Shown: one piece after another, positions 10,253 to 20,436 of the stretch
Numbering within the stretch: position 1 is the first letter of the stretch
How the letters are laid out: each line of letters starts with the position of its first letter
Assembly (NCBI GenBank): GCA_015228685.1
Contig: JADGCY010000009.1
Coordinates: 39,589-103,588 of the forward strand
Direction: 5' to 3'
DNA from: Desulfobacterales bacterium
GTDB taxonomy: Bacteria > Desulfobacterota > Desulfobacteria > Desulfobacterales > YD0425bin51
Length of the DNA: 64,000 nt
The notes under the pieces: generated by a model
What the model was told of the DNA's origin: nothing
Databases searched by the model: none
What the model saw: the letters and a program-made list of their open reading frames with translations, nothing else
Position numbers and translations under genes: made by a program

Positions 10253-11056
10253 ATGAATAAAATAGGACTTATTGCTGGCAATGGGCAGTTTCCCATTATG
10301 TTTGCAAAAAAAGCTAAAGAAAAAGGTATATCAGTTTATGCTGTTGCTCATATAAATGAAACAGAAGAAAGCTTAAAAGATTTTGTTTTTAAGATTGAAT
10401 GGATACATGTGGGACAGCTTAAAAAACTGATAGATATGTTTAAGTCCAATGGTGTAACAGATGCAGTAATGGTTGGCGGAATTAAGAAAACTAGAATGTT
10501 TTATGATGTAAAACCAGATATTAAAGCTATAAAACTTATATCCAATATAAAAACCACTCATGATGATGGACTGCTTAGAGCTGTTGCTGATACAATAGAA
10601 CAAGAAGGAATTACAATAAAAGCCTCTACTTTTCTTATGCCTGAACTTATAGCTGATAAAGGATGCTGGACAAAAAGAAAGCCTAGCCGTACTGAAAGAG
10701 CAGATATTGATATAGGCTGGAAAATAGCAAAAGAGCTTGGAAAACTAGATGTTGGGCAATCCGTTGTAGTCAGCAAGAGATCAGTTCTGGCATTAGAAGC
10801 TATAGATGGGACTGATGCTACAATTTCAAGAGCTGGAAATTTGGCTAAAGCTGAAGAAATAGTAGTTGTAAAAGTCTGCAAGCCTAATCAGGATATGCGT
10901 TTTGATGTACCAGCAATTGGTTCAAAAACAATACAAACAATGTATGAGGCAAAAGCTACAGCTCTTGCAATTGAAGCAGGAAAAGCTCTTGTTTTTGATA
11001 AAGAAGAAATGGTAAGTTTGGCTAATAAATTTAATATTTCTATAATTGCTTTATAG
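10253..11056 (+). CDS. lpxI: UDP-2,3-diacylglucosamine hydrolase LpxI (DUF1009)
   Basis: 'MNKIGLIAGNGQFP' N-terminus is typical of LpxI. Located between lpxA and lpxB. Confidence 0.7.
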   Translation: MNKIGLIAGNGQFPIMFAKKAKEKGISVYAVAHINETEESLKDFVFKIEWIHVGQLKKLIDMFKSNGVTDAVMVGGIKKTRMFYDVKPDIKAIKLISNIKTTHDDGLLRAVADTIEQEGITIKASTFLMPELIADKGCWTKRKPSRTERADIDIGWKIAKELGKLDVGQSVVVSKRSVLALEAIDGTDATISRAGNLAKAEEIVVVKVCKPNQDMRFDVPAIGSKTIQTMYEAKATALAIEAGKALVFDKEEMVSLANKFNISIIAL

Positions 11057-11067
11057 GTTTATTTTTA

Positions 11068-12023
11068 TGAAAAAAATTCGAGTAGGCGTTGTTGGCGTTG
11101 GATATCTTGGAAAATTCCATGCAGAGAAGTATGCAAATATTGAAGATGTTGAACTTGTAGGTGTTGTTGATGTAAATCATGAAAATGCTTGCAAAATAGC
11201 TGAAAATGTCAAAACCAGACCTTATTGTAATCATAAAGAGCTTATAGGTAAAGTAGATGCTGTAAGCATTGTTGTTCCAACACAATTTCATTTTTCTGTT
11301 GCCAAGGATTTTTTAGAAAATGGAGCTGATGTTTTAATAGAAAAACCAATAACAACAACTGTTGATGAAGCAGATGAATTAATAAAAATTGCCAATTCAA
11401 AGGGCTTAATTATACAGGTAGGTCATCTGGAAAGATTCAATCCTGCAGTTTTGGCTGTGAAAGATATTGTAAATAAACCAATTTTTATAGAATCCCATCG
11501 CTTGGGAATTTATAAAGAAAGAGGAATTGATGTAAGCGTAGTTTTAGATCTGATGATTCACGATATTGATATTATAAGAAGTTTTGTAAAATCAGATATA
11601 AAAGAACTAAGAGCTTCAGGCGTTGCTGTTATATCCTCAAATATTGATATAGCAAATGCTAGAATTGAATTTAAAAGCGGATGTGTGGCAAATGTAACAG
11701 CAAGTCGAATTTCCATGAAAAACGAGCGCAAGATAAGACTATTTCAAAAAGATGCTTATGTATCTGTTGATTTTGCAAATCATGAAATTGTTGTAATACA
11801 GCCTACAGAAGGTAAAACAGGAGATGAACTGATTCCTGGCATGAATATTAATAAGCGTTCTTTTGATAAAAGCGACGCTCTATACGAAGAATTAAAATCA
11901 TTTGTAAAATCAGTTAAAAACCGTGAAACTCCAGAAGTTTCAGGAATTGTTGGAAGAGATGCCTTAAAGGTTGCTCTGAATATAATAGATCAAATAAAAA
12001 TTTCCATGCCCTCATATCCATAA
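11068..12023 (+). CDS. Gfo/Idh/MocA-family NAD(P)-dependent oxidoreductase, possibly GnnA-like (UDP-GlcNAc 3-dehydrogenase)
   Basis: Rossmann 'IRVGVVGVGYLGKFH', 'EKP' motif. Position between lpxA/lpxI and lpxB matches the gnnA context. Confidence 0.7.
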
Positions 12024-12030
12024 AATTCTA

Positions 12031-12450
12031 ATGAAATTCGTCAAGAATGAAATAATAATTAAAAAAGTTCAGCAAGAATTAGATAAAATAGAATCTGTAG
12101 TATCTGCCTATATTTTTGGATCTATTTTGAAAAAGGGTGTTTTTAACGATATTGATATTTTGATACTTCTAAACAATCAAGCAGATAAAAATTCTATATT
12201 CTTAGAATTACCTTGTAATTTGGCTAGATCTTTAAATATTTCTTCTAATAAAATTGATATTCTTAATTTTGATCTAAGAGAAGCAAATCCTATTGTTTTA
12301 ATTAAAGCAGTCAAAGGAAGATTAATTAAAAATGTAGATGATGAACTCTTAACAGACAAATTAGAAGAACTATCATGTTTTTTTTTAATGAATGAGCCTA
12401 TTTTATATTATAGAAAAGAGCTTTTGAGAGAATTATTATATGAATATTGA
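12031..12450 (+). CDS. Minimal nucleotidyltransferase (MNT/MntA-like antitoxin)
   Basis: 'IFGSILKKGVFNDIDILIL' matches the GS-x9-DxD pol-beta NTase motif. Overlaps the HEPN gene by 11 nt. Confidence 0.75.
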   Translation: MKFVKNEIIIKKVQQELDKIESVVSAYIFGSILKKGVFNDIDILILLNNQADKNSIFLELPCNLARSLNISSNKIDILNFDLREANPIVLIKAVKGRLIKNVDDELLTDKLEELSCFFLMNEPILYYRKELLRELLYEY

Positions 12451-12775
12451 TGTATATAGGATTTCTCAATACCTAAATGAAATAGATGAACAAATCTCCT
12501 TGATAAATAAAATCCTTAAAACAGATGATAACGAACTTCTAAATGATTTAATTAAGCTTAATGCTCTCAAATATTCTGTGATTCTTATCTCAAGCGAGCT
12601 AAAAATAAAATTAAAACCTTTTTTTCGAGTTAGAAATATGATCGTTCATAGATACTGGAAATTAGATAATTCAAATTTTCTTAAGGATTTAAGACAAGGT
12701 GTTGAAGATTTTCGTGAATTTCATGTTGAAGTCAAACAATTTTTACAGGGTTGTGTAAATGAAAAATCCCTTTGA
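12440..12775 (+). CDS. HEPN-domain protein (DUF86/HepT-like toxin)
   Basis: 'RNMIVHRYW' is the Rx4HxY HEPN RNase motif. Typical MNT-then-HEPN order. Confidence 0.75.
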   Translation: MNIDVYRISQYLNEIDEQISLINKILKTDDNELLNDLIKLNALKYSVILISSELKIKLKPFFRVRNMIVHRYWKLDNSNFLKDLRQGVEDFREFHVEVKQFLQGCVNEKSL

Positions 12776-13904
12776 ACAAAAATGCGTTATGATTATTGCT
12801 GGAGAAGCATCAGGGGATCTTCATGGCTCAAACTTAGTTTATGCAATGCGGAGAAAATGCAGCTCTATTTTTTTTTGTGGCATTGGCGGCGAAAGGTTAA
12901 AGGATAGCGGGGTAAGAATTCTATTTGATGCTGCAAAATTATCTGTAGTTGGAATTACTGAAGTCATTTCAAAACTTCCAACTATTTTAAAAGGTATGAA
13001 TATTTCCAAAAATACTTTAAAAATCTTAAAACCTGATCTTTTGATTTTAATTGATTTTCCTGATTTTAATTTTGTAGTAGCATCTTATGCTAAAAAGCTT
13101 AATATTCCTGTTCTCTATTATATAAGTCCTCAAGTTTGGGCTTGGAGGCAGGGAAGGGTGAAAAAAATCAGAAAATTAGTAGATCACTTAGCTGTTATTT
13201 TACCTTTTGAAGCTTCTTTTTTTAAAAAACATGATGTTCCAGTAACATTTGTTGGTCATCCCCTTCTTGATCACTTAAGCTTAGAACCAATAAAAAAAAT
13301 ACCGCAAATTGTTTCAGCAATAGGTCTTTTGCCTGGTTCACGAAATAGTGAAATTAAAAAACTTTTGCCTACAATGATAGAGACAGCAGAGGTTTTGACT
13401 AAACGTATAGGTAATATTAAATTTATTCTTTCTGTATCTCCAACAGTAGACAGATTGTATGTAGAAAAAATTATAAATACTTATCAAAAAGAGAGTGTTA
13501 TTGAAATATCAACAGATAATGTTTATGAAGTTTTTAAAAGAAGTATTATGGTAATCGCAGCATCTGGAACAGTAACTTTAGAAGCTGCAATTGCCTGCAT
13601 TCCTACTGTAATTATTTATAAAGTATCATCTTTAAGCTATTTTTTAGGTAAAGCATTGATAAAAGTCAATTTTATAGGTTTAATTAATCTTATTGCAGGT
13701 GAAGAAATTTTCCCAGAACTTCTGCAAAAAGAAGCAACACCAGAAAATATTTCTGAAATAGTTTATAAAATGATAAGTACGCCATCTACTCTGAATCAAA
13801 TAAAAGATAAGCTTTTCAATGCTAGAAAACTGTTAGGTGAACCAGGCGCTTCAAACCGCACCGCAGATATTGCAATTAATATGCTCGAAGGTATGAAAAT
13901 ATGA
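12759..13904 (+). CDS. lpxB: Lipid-A-disaccharide synthase
   Basis: 'IAGEASGDLHGSNL' N-terminus. GT-B fold, 381 aa. Confidence 0.88.
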   Translation: MKNPFEQKCVMIIAGEASGDLHGSNLVYAMRRKCSSIFFCGIGGERLKDSGVRILFDAAKLSVVGITEVISKLPTILKGMNISKNTLKILKPDLLILIDFPDFNFVVASYAKKLNIPVLYYISPQVWAWRQGRVKKIRKLVDHLAVILPFEASFFKKHDVPVTFVGHPLLDHLSLEPIKKIPQIVSAIGLLPGSRNSEIKKLLPTMIETAEVLTKRIGNIKFILSVSPTVDRLYVEKIINTYQKESVIEISTDNVYEVFKRSIMVIAASGTVTLEAAIACIPTVIIYKVSSLSYFLGKALIKVNFIGLINLIAGEEIFPELLQKEATPENISEIVYKMISTPSTLNQIKDKLFNARKLLGEPGASNRTADIAINMLEGMKI

Positions 13905-15628
13905 CAGATAGATATAAAAACTTACTTCTACTTATAAAAGAAAACTGGCATAGACTAGTTTTAGCAATGTTTTGCATGCTACTTGTCTCTATTGCAACAT
14001 CAGTAACAGCTTTTTTAGTAAAACCTGTTTTAGATGACATATTTTTTAAACAAAACGCAAAAATGTTAATATTTATACCTATTGCAGTTGTTTTTGTATA
14101 TTTAATTCGTGGAATTGGATCTTATGGCCAAGAATATCTGATGAATTATGTTGGAGAGAGTATTATTAAACATTTGCGTGATAGTCTTTATTATAACATA
14201 CAAGATTTACCACTCTCTTTTTTTCATAAAGAAAAAACAGGTGTTTTAATGTCAAGGATTACAAATGATGTAAATATTGTAAAAACTATGGTATCGACTG
14301 CTGTAACTAGCTCCCTTAGGGATATCTTCACAATCTTAGGTTTGACTATTGTTATTTTTTATAGAGATTGGATAATGGCATCTTTTGCTTTTATTGTTTT
14401 GCCAATAGCTTTTTTTCCTATTGTCAAATTTGGGAGAAAAGTTAGAAAGGTAAGTACTGGAAGGCAAGAAGTGATGGCAGATTTAAATACTTTTCTGCAT
14501 GAAACATTTTCAGGAAATATGATTGTTAAAGCTTTTTGTATGGAAGAATATGAAAAAAAGAGATTTTTTGAAAAAACAAAGAATCTATTCAGGCTTGAAA
14601 TGAAGGCAGTAGTTGCAAAGTCTCTTTCTTCACCAATTATGGAATTTTTAGCAGGAGTAGGTATTGCTTTTATAATCTGGTATGGAGGATATATGGTAAT
14701 AAAAGGGACATCAACTCCTGGTACATTTTTTTCTTTTATGGCTGCAGTACTTATGCTCTATGATCCAGTAAAAAAATTGAGTAATTTAAATAATGCTGTT
14801 CAAGAGGGAATTGCTGCTGCAAACAGGGTCTATGATATAATTGAAAAAAAATCAGAAATAAAAGAAATTGAGAATCCTATTCTTCTTAAGCAGGGACCAC
14901 ATAATATTAATTTAAAAAATGTTTATTTTAAATATGACGAAAATAGTACAGTTTTACATGATATAAATTTAAATGTGCTATCAGGTGAAATAATAGCCTT
15001 AGTTGGCGAAAGCGGAGGAGGAAAAACTTCTCTGGTAAATTTAATTCCCAGATTTTATGATGTAAGTTCTGGATTGATCTTAATTGATGATATAGATATT
15101 CGAAATATATCATTACATTCACTCAGGAGCCAAATAGCAATTGTAACGCAGAGCCCCATCCTTTTTAATGATACTATAAGGAATAATATAGCTTATGGTA
15201 ATTTAGATGCAAATGAAGAAGATATAATAAATGCAGCGAAAGCAGCATTTGCTTACGAATTTATTGAAAGTTTTCCTGATAAATTTAATACAAATATTGG
15301 GGAGCTTGGTAGCCGACTTTCTGGAGGGGAAAAACAGCGCCTTTGCATAGCAAGAGCTATACTAAAAAATGCTCCTATACTTATTATGGATGAGGCAACT
15401 TCTTCATTAGACGCTGAATCTGAGATGTGGGTGCAAAAAGCCCTTGAAAATTTGATGAAGGGACGTACAACATTTGTTATTGCCCATAGATTGTCTACAA
15501 TAAGTTATGCAAATAAAATTATAACAATTGTAGATGGTAGAATTGTTGAAGAGGGTACACATGAAGAGCTTATGGCTCTTTGCGGAGAATATTACAAATT
15601 ACATCAGATGCAGTTTTCCCAAGAATGA
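13901..15628 (+). CDS. msbA: Lipid A export ABC transporter (fused permease/ATPase)
   Basis: Six-TM domain plus NBD 'GESGGGKTS', 'LSGGEKQRLCIARA'. Follows lpxB. Confidence 0.85.
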   Translation: MTDRYKNLLLLIKENWHRLVLAMFCMLLVSIATSVTAFLVKPVLDDIFFKQNAKMLIFIPIAVVFVYLIRGIGSYGQEYLMNYVGESIIKHLRDSLYYNIQDLPLSFFHKEKTGVLMSRITNDVNIVKTMVSTAVTSSLRDIFTILGLTIVIFYRDWIMASFAFIVLPIAFFPIVKFGRKVRKVSTGRQEVMADLNTFLHETFSGNMIVKAFCMEEYEKKRFFEKTKNLFRLEMKAVVAKSLSSPIMEFLAGVGIAFIIWYGGYMVIKGTSTPGTFFSFMAAVLMLYDPVKKLSNLNNAVQEGIAAANRVYDIIEKKSEIKEIENPILLKQGPHNINLKNVYFKYDENSTVLHDINLNVLSGEIIALVGESGGGKTSLVNLIPRFYDVSSGLILIDDIDIRNISLHSLRSQIAIVTQSPILFNDTIRNNIAYGNLDANEEDIINAAKAAFAYEFIESFPDKFNTNIGELGSRLSGGEKQRLCIARAILKNAPILIMDEATSSLDAESEMWVQKALENLMKGRTTFVIAHRLSTISYANKIITIVDGRIVEEGTHEELMALCGEYYKLHQMQFSQE

Positions 15629-16716
15629 AAATTATAACCCGCTATATATTCAAGGAAATGCTCCCCCCTTTTTTTATAAATATCATATTTTTCACTTTTA
15701 TTTTCTTAATGGTTCAGCTTTTAGAAATTACTAACATGGTAGTTAATTATCAAATGAGTATAATAGTTGTTGGGCTTATGCTTGTTTATTCAATGCCTTA
15801 TTTTTTAGTCTTTGTAATTCCAATGTCTGTTATGATGTCAGTTTTATTAACTTTTTTAAGACTATCAAGCGATAATGAAATTGTAGCTTTAAAATCTTGC
15901 GGTTTTAGCAATTATACATTTTTAAGACCTGCATTTTTGTTTGCATTTATTGGTTGGGCAATCACTTCTTTAATGATTATTTATGGTATGCCAAATGGGG
16001 AAATGGCATTTAAAGGTTTAATCTCTAAAATAGCTCAATCCAGCTTGCATATTGGACTGAAAGAAAGAACTTTCAACGATAGCTTTAAAGGTGTCACGAT
16101 CTATGTATCCAAAATTAATCCCAAAGATAAATCTCTTCAGGACATATTTATAGAAGATCAAAGAACAGAGAACATGATTAGCACAGTTATTGCACCAAAA
16201 GGAGTTATTTTAAAAGATATTAATCAAAATATCTTTCATCTGAGACTACATGATGGAACTATAAATCAAGTTTCTCTTGAGAGAAAAACAACAAATGCCA
16301 TTCATTTTGATGTATATGATGTTAAACTTGATTTAGAAAAAGCAATTTCAGGTGTAAAAACTGATACAAAATCTGAAAAAGAGATGCTGCTGTCAGAGCT
16401 TAAAGATACATTAAAGAGTAAGACAAGAGATAGGAAATATTATGCAGCAGCAATAGAATTTCATAAAAAGTTTTCAATACCTTTTTCATGTATTGTTTTA
16501 GGATTCCTTGCTGTGCCTCTGGGATTACACGCTAAATCTTCAAGACCTTCTTTAGGGCTTGGTCTTGGACTTATTTTTTTTCTTCTTTACTACCTATTAT
16601 TATCAGCAGGGAGAGTTTTTGCTGAAAAGGGGACATTTCCGCCGGAAGTCGGCATGTGGTCCCCTAATATTTTAATGGCTTTAATTGGTATATATTTATT
16701 TTATAGACGTCTATAA
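15625..16716 (+). CDS. LptF/LptG-family LPS export permease (YjgP/YjgQ)
   Basis: 'MKIITRYIFKEMLPPF' N-terminus is typical of LptF/G. Six TM helices with a periplasmic loop. Confidence 0.8.
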   Translation: MKIITRYIFKEMLPPFFINIIFFTFIFLMVQLLEITNMVVNYQMSIIVVGLMLVYSMPYFLVFVIPMSVMMSVLLTFLRLSSDNEIVALKSCGFSNYTFLRPAFLFAFIGWAITSLMIIYGMPNGEMAFKGLISKIAQSSLHIGLKERTFNDSFKGVTIYVSKINPKDKSLQDIFIEDQRTENMISTVIAPKGVILKDINQNIFHLRLHDGTINQVSLERKTTNAIHFDVYDVKLDLEKAISGVKTDTKSEKEMLLSELKDTLKSKTRDRKYYAAAIEFHKKFSIPFSCIVLGFLAVPLGLHAKSSRPSLGLGLGLIFFLLYYLLLSAGRVFAEKGTFPPEVGMWSPNILMALIGIYLFYRRL

Positions 16717-16723
16717 TAAATAA

Positions 16724-17518
16724 TTATTGCAGCCATTTTTTCCTTATTTCATCATATTTTCCACTCTTTTTTAATTCAATTAGTTCTTTTTCAAATTTTT
16801 CTCCAACTTCTTTTATGTTTGGATAGCTAGATTTCTTTGCAAATGGCATTGGATAGTTTTTAGAATATAATACCGTTTCATAATAAGTAATTTCATTTTG
16901 CAAGTTTAATTTTTTTACTCCATAAAGTCCTACAGTCTTATCTACGATATATAGGTCAATTCTTCCTGCAGCTAGTTTTTTGATGTTTGTTTCCATATCA
17001 ACAGCTTCATCCAGTTGTGCGTTTATTTTTTTCTTTTCAGTATCAGCATATGGAAAAGCCTGCCAAAAAGCATCATTATATGAGTTTCCTCTAATAACAC
17101 CTATTTTAAGGTTATTTTTTTTAGCGTCTTCATAACCTTTAAATTCAGGAAGTTTTTTATCTTTTTTCACAAAAAATACGACTTCGCTAACCCACATGCT
17201 CTCATTTGGATAGTATAAAAACTCTTCACGTTCTGCTTTTTTAGAAGTTGAAAATGAGGCATCAGCTTCACCTTTTTGAAGCATTTCCCATGCTCTTGCC
17301 CAAGGTAGTATTTTTACTTCGAAATCAATATTTAATTTTTTTAAAATTTCTGAAGCAATATCAACATCAATTCCAGTAGGTTTTTTATCCTGATCTAAAA
17401 ATTCAAATGGAGGCCACTCCTCTGCAACTACAATTATTTTTTTTTCTGCAGCTAAAACATTTGCATAGATAAATAAAACTGCAAAGAATGTTAAGAAATA
17501 CAAAGTAGATTTTTTCAT
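16724..17518 (-). CDS. Periplasmic substrate-binding protein (SBP family 3, amino-acid type)
   Basis: Signal peptide and bilobed SBP_bac_3-like sequence. No permease or ATPase adjacent. Confidence 0.65.
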   Translation of the reverse strand: MKKSTLYFLTFFAVLFIYANVLAAEKKIIVVAEEWPPFEFLDQDKKPTGIDVDIASEILKKLNIDFEVKILPWARAWEMLQKGEADASFSTSKKAEREEFLYYPNESMWVSEVVFFVKKDKKLPEFKGYEDAKKNNLKIGVIRGNSYNDAFWQAFPYADTEKKKINAQLDEAVDMETNIKKLAAGRIDLYIVDKTVGLYGVKKLNLQNEITYYETVLYSKNYPMPFAKKSSYPNIKEVGEKFEKELIELKKSGKYDEIRKKWLQ

Positions 17519-17546
17519 TTTTCCCCCTTAATTATTTTTTTTACTG

Positions 17547-18344
17547 TTAATGCGGCTTATATTTTATAGCCTCTGGAATTTCTGACTTTATCTCCCTAAT
17601 CCGCCTTTCATCTGCAGGGTGAGTACTCAAAAATTCAGGAGGCGCTCCGCCTTTTTTGTTCTTTGCCATCCTTTCCCAGAAAATAACTGCAGTTTCAGGA
17701 TTATAGCCTGCCATAGCCATAAAAACTAGTCCTAAGTGATCTGCTTCTGACTCATGTAATCTGCTGTAAGGAAGCAATATCCCAACCTGTGTTCCTATCC
17801 CGAATGCTGTCATAAAGAGCTGTCTAGTTTGGGATGGTTTTTCAGCTAAAGCTGTAGAAAGAGCTACACCTCCTAATTCTGCAAGAAGACCTTGACTCAT
17901 ACGTTCACTTCCATGTCCAACAACTGCATGAGCTACTTCATGACCCATAATAACTGCAAGTCCTTCTTCATTTTGAGCAATAGGGAGTATTCCTGTATAG
18001 ACAACTACTTTTCCACCAGGCATAGCCCAAGCATTAACAGCATCATCTTTCACAAGATTAAATTCCCAATTATATCCTTCTAATCTATTCATGAGATTTT
18101 GTTCTTTAAAATACTTCTCAACTGCTCTCTGAATCCTTCTACCTGCTCTATTTACCATTTCTGCTTCAGGAGTACTTTTTATTATTTCGTTTTTTGAAAT
18201 AAACTGTTTATAAGAACTAAAACTCATTCCTAAAATTTGGTTTGAAGGGATTAAATTTAATTGCTGCCTCCCTGTTATTGGAACAGTTTGACATGAAAAA
18301 ATAAATATGATTGTTATAAGAAATAATATAAGTTTTTTGTTCAT
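17547..18344 (-). CDS. M48-family Zn metalloprotease (lipoprotein)
   Basis: HExxH 'MGHEVAHAVVGH' and downstream 'ESEAD'. Lipobox-like 'IFSCQT'. Confidence 0.8.
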   Translation of the reverse strand: MNKKLILFLITIIFIFSCQTVPITGRQQLNLIPSNQILGMSFSSYKQFISKNEIIKSTPEAEMVNRAGRRIQRAVEKYFKEQNLMNRLEGYNWEFNLVKDDAVNAWAMPGGKVVVYTGILPIAQNEEGLAVIMGHEVAHAVVGHGSERMSQGLLAELGGVALSTALAEKPSQTRQLFMTAFGIGTQVGILLPYSRLHESEADHLGLVFMAMAGYNPETAVIFWERMAKNKKGGAPPEFLSTHPADERRIREIKSEIPEAIKYKPH

Positions 18345-18352
18345 AATTTACC

Positions 18353-18769
18353 TCATTCAAAAATATCTATAATGGAAAGTTCTATATTAAAGAGATTATC
18401 AATAACTTTGTCATCAGAATATGTTTTATAATGATCCAAACTGGAATAAATCACAATGCTTTTTGCATGAGGTATAACTAGCCAACAAGATTTAATTCCA
18501 GCATTAAAATATATTTCAAATTTATCTATTAAATCTTGAATAGGTTGAGTAGGAGACAATATTTCAATTGTAACTAATGGCAATTCAACCATTTTAATAA
18601 TATCTTTTTGTTGGATCCTTTTTTTTTTAGAATATATGCTAATGTCTGGCTTATGTTCTACTCCATTAATTTCAATACTTAACTCTGGGAATATTTCATA
18701 CTTGTCTATATTTCCCAAAAGTCTTATAAGCCTTCCATGTACAAAACTATGATTGAATGATGTCATCAT
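18353..18769 (-). CDS. Uma2-family (DUF820) putative restriction-endonuclease-fold protein
   Basis: 'KPDISIY...EILSPTQ...D..K...Y...GIKSCWLV' matches the PD-(D/E)xK Uma2 pattern. Confidence 0.55.
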   Translation of the reverse strand: MMTSFNHSFVHGRLIRLLGNIDKYEIFPELSIEINGVEHKPDISIYSKKKRIQQKDIIKMVELPLVTIEILSPTQPIQDLIDKFEIYFNAGIKSCWLVIPHAKSIVIYSSLDHYKTYSDDKVIDNLFNIELSIIDIFE

Positions 18770-18785
18770 AATTTATAACCCTCGT

Positions 18786-20432
18786 TTACTTTAGTGAATT
18801 GTATAATATAAAACCGCCTGAAATTCCTTTGGCATTAAATCCATATTGCCTTAAAATTCTTGCTGCAATATATGATCTTTTACCAACAACACAATATGTA
18901 AGTATTTCTCGATCTTTAGGAATTTCTGAGATTTTATCTCTAATTTGATGCAAAGGAATATTAATGCTTCCTTGAAGGTGGCTTTTTGAATATTCAAAAA
19001 CTGTTCTGACATCTATAATGTAAGGAGAATTATCATTTATATTTTCCCAATGAGCAACAGGAGAATAACCTCTAATTGAATTTGATGCAATCATACCAGC
19101 CATATTTACAGGGTCTTTTGCTGAACCATATGGTGGAGCATAACATAATTCAGCTTCTTCAAGGTCAAAAACAGTTCCATTTTTTTGAATAGCCATGGAA
19201 ATAACGTCAATCCGCTTATCAACTCCTGCCATACCTACAGCTTGTGCGCCTAAAATTTTTCCATCTGACTGTGAAAATATGAGCTTCATTGTTATTGTTT
19301 TAGCATCAGGGTAATAACCAGCATGATTGTCCGGATGAAGGTAAATCTTTTCATATTCATTCATTTTATTTCTTTTCAGTGCTTTTTCTGAAAGACCTGT
19401 AAATGCAACAGTTAAACCTAGAATACCGCATATAGATGTTCCTTGAACTCCTCTGAATTTAGGCAATGGGTCTTTTCCAAAAAGAACGTCAGCAACTATT
19501 CTACCTTGTCTATTAGCTGGACCAGCAAGCGGAATAAGTGCAGGTATTCCTGAAATATAATCTTTAACTTGAACTGCATCACCTACTGCATAGATATTTT
19601 CATCACTGGTCTGCATATATTCATTAACTTCAATTCCTCCAAGTTTGCCAATGGATAGTCCTGCCTGTTTTGCCAGATCAATTTCCGGTTTAACACCAAT
19701 ACTTAAAACCACAATATCAGATTGTATAACTTTCCCTGTATTAGTTAAAATTCCTATACTTCCGTCCTTTTCCTGTTTAAATCCTGTTACAGAAGTTTTT
19801 AATAAAAGAGAAATATCATATTTCTTTAGGTGTTCATGAATAAAGCTTGCAATTTCTGGATCAACTGGAGGCATAACTTGAGGCTGCATTTCAATAATAG
19901 AAACATCCAAACCATGCCTTTTTAGATTTTCAACCATTTCAAGCCCAATAAAACCTCCTCCAACAACAACAGCCCGTTTTATATGTTTCTGTTTTATCCA
20001 GTTTATTATATTTCTGGAATCAGCTATGTTTCGCAGAGTAAATATGCCTGGTAAATCGATTCCATCTAGTTTAGGTTTGATTGGAGAAGCTCCAGGAGAT
20101 AGAAGGAGTTTATCGTATGATTCTTTATAAATTTTACCTGTTTTTAAGTCCTGAACTTCAATCTCTTTTTTTTCTCTATTTATTGAGCAGACGTTATTTT
20201 CAGTTCTTACTTCAATATTAAACCAGCCTTTAAACATTTGAGGAGAAGCTACAAGAAGGTTTTCTTCTTTTGTAATTACATTTCCAACATAATAAGGAAG
20301 TCCGCAGTTTGCAAATGAAACAAATTCACCTCGTTCAAAGATAATAATTTCAGTATGTTCTGAGAGCCTTCTAGCACGAGCTGCGCATGATGCTCCTCCT
20401 GCAACACCTCCGACAATTAATAATCTCTTCAT
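18786..20432 (-). CDS. CoA-disulfide reductase / NADH oxidase with C-terminal rhodanese domain
   Basis: FAD 'IVGGVAGGASCAARA', redox Cys 'SFANCGLPY', C-terminal rhodanese 'YCVVGKRS'. Confidence 0.8.
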   Translation of the reverse strand: MKRLLIVGGVAGGASCAARARRLSEHTEIIIFERGEFVSFANCGLPYYVGNVITKEENLLVASPQMFKGWFNIEVRTENNVCSINREKKEIEVQDLKTGKIYKESYDKLLLSPGASPIKPKLDGIDLPGIFTLRNIADSRNIINWIKQKHIKRAVVVGGGFIGLEMVENLKRHGLDVSIIEMQPQVMPPVDPEIASFIHEHLKKYDISLLLKTSVTGFKQEKDGSIGILTNTGKVIQSDIVVLSIGVKPEIDLAKQAGLSIGKLGGIEVNEYMQTSDENIYAVGDAVQVKDYISGIPALIPLAGPANRQGRIVADVLFGKDPLPKFRGVQGTSICGILGLTVAFTGLSEKALKRNKMNEYEKIYLHPDNHAGYYPDAKTITMKLIFSQSDGKILGAQAVGMAGVDKRIDVISMAIQKNGTVFDLEEAELCYAPPYGSAKDPVNMAGMIASNSIRGYSPVAHWENINDNSPYIIDVRTVFEYSKSHLQGSINIPLHQIRDKISEIPKDREILTYCVVGKRSYIAARILRQYGFNAKGISGGFILYNSLK

Positions 20433-20436
20433 TTTA

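Noticed and set aside
15534-15734. 66-aa ORF spanning the msbA / lptFG junction
   Set aside because: It overlaps two well-supported genes in another frame and has no independent signal.
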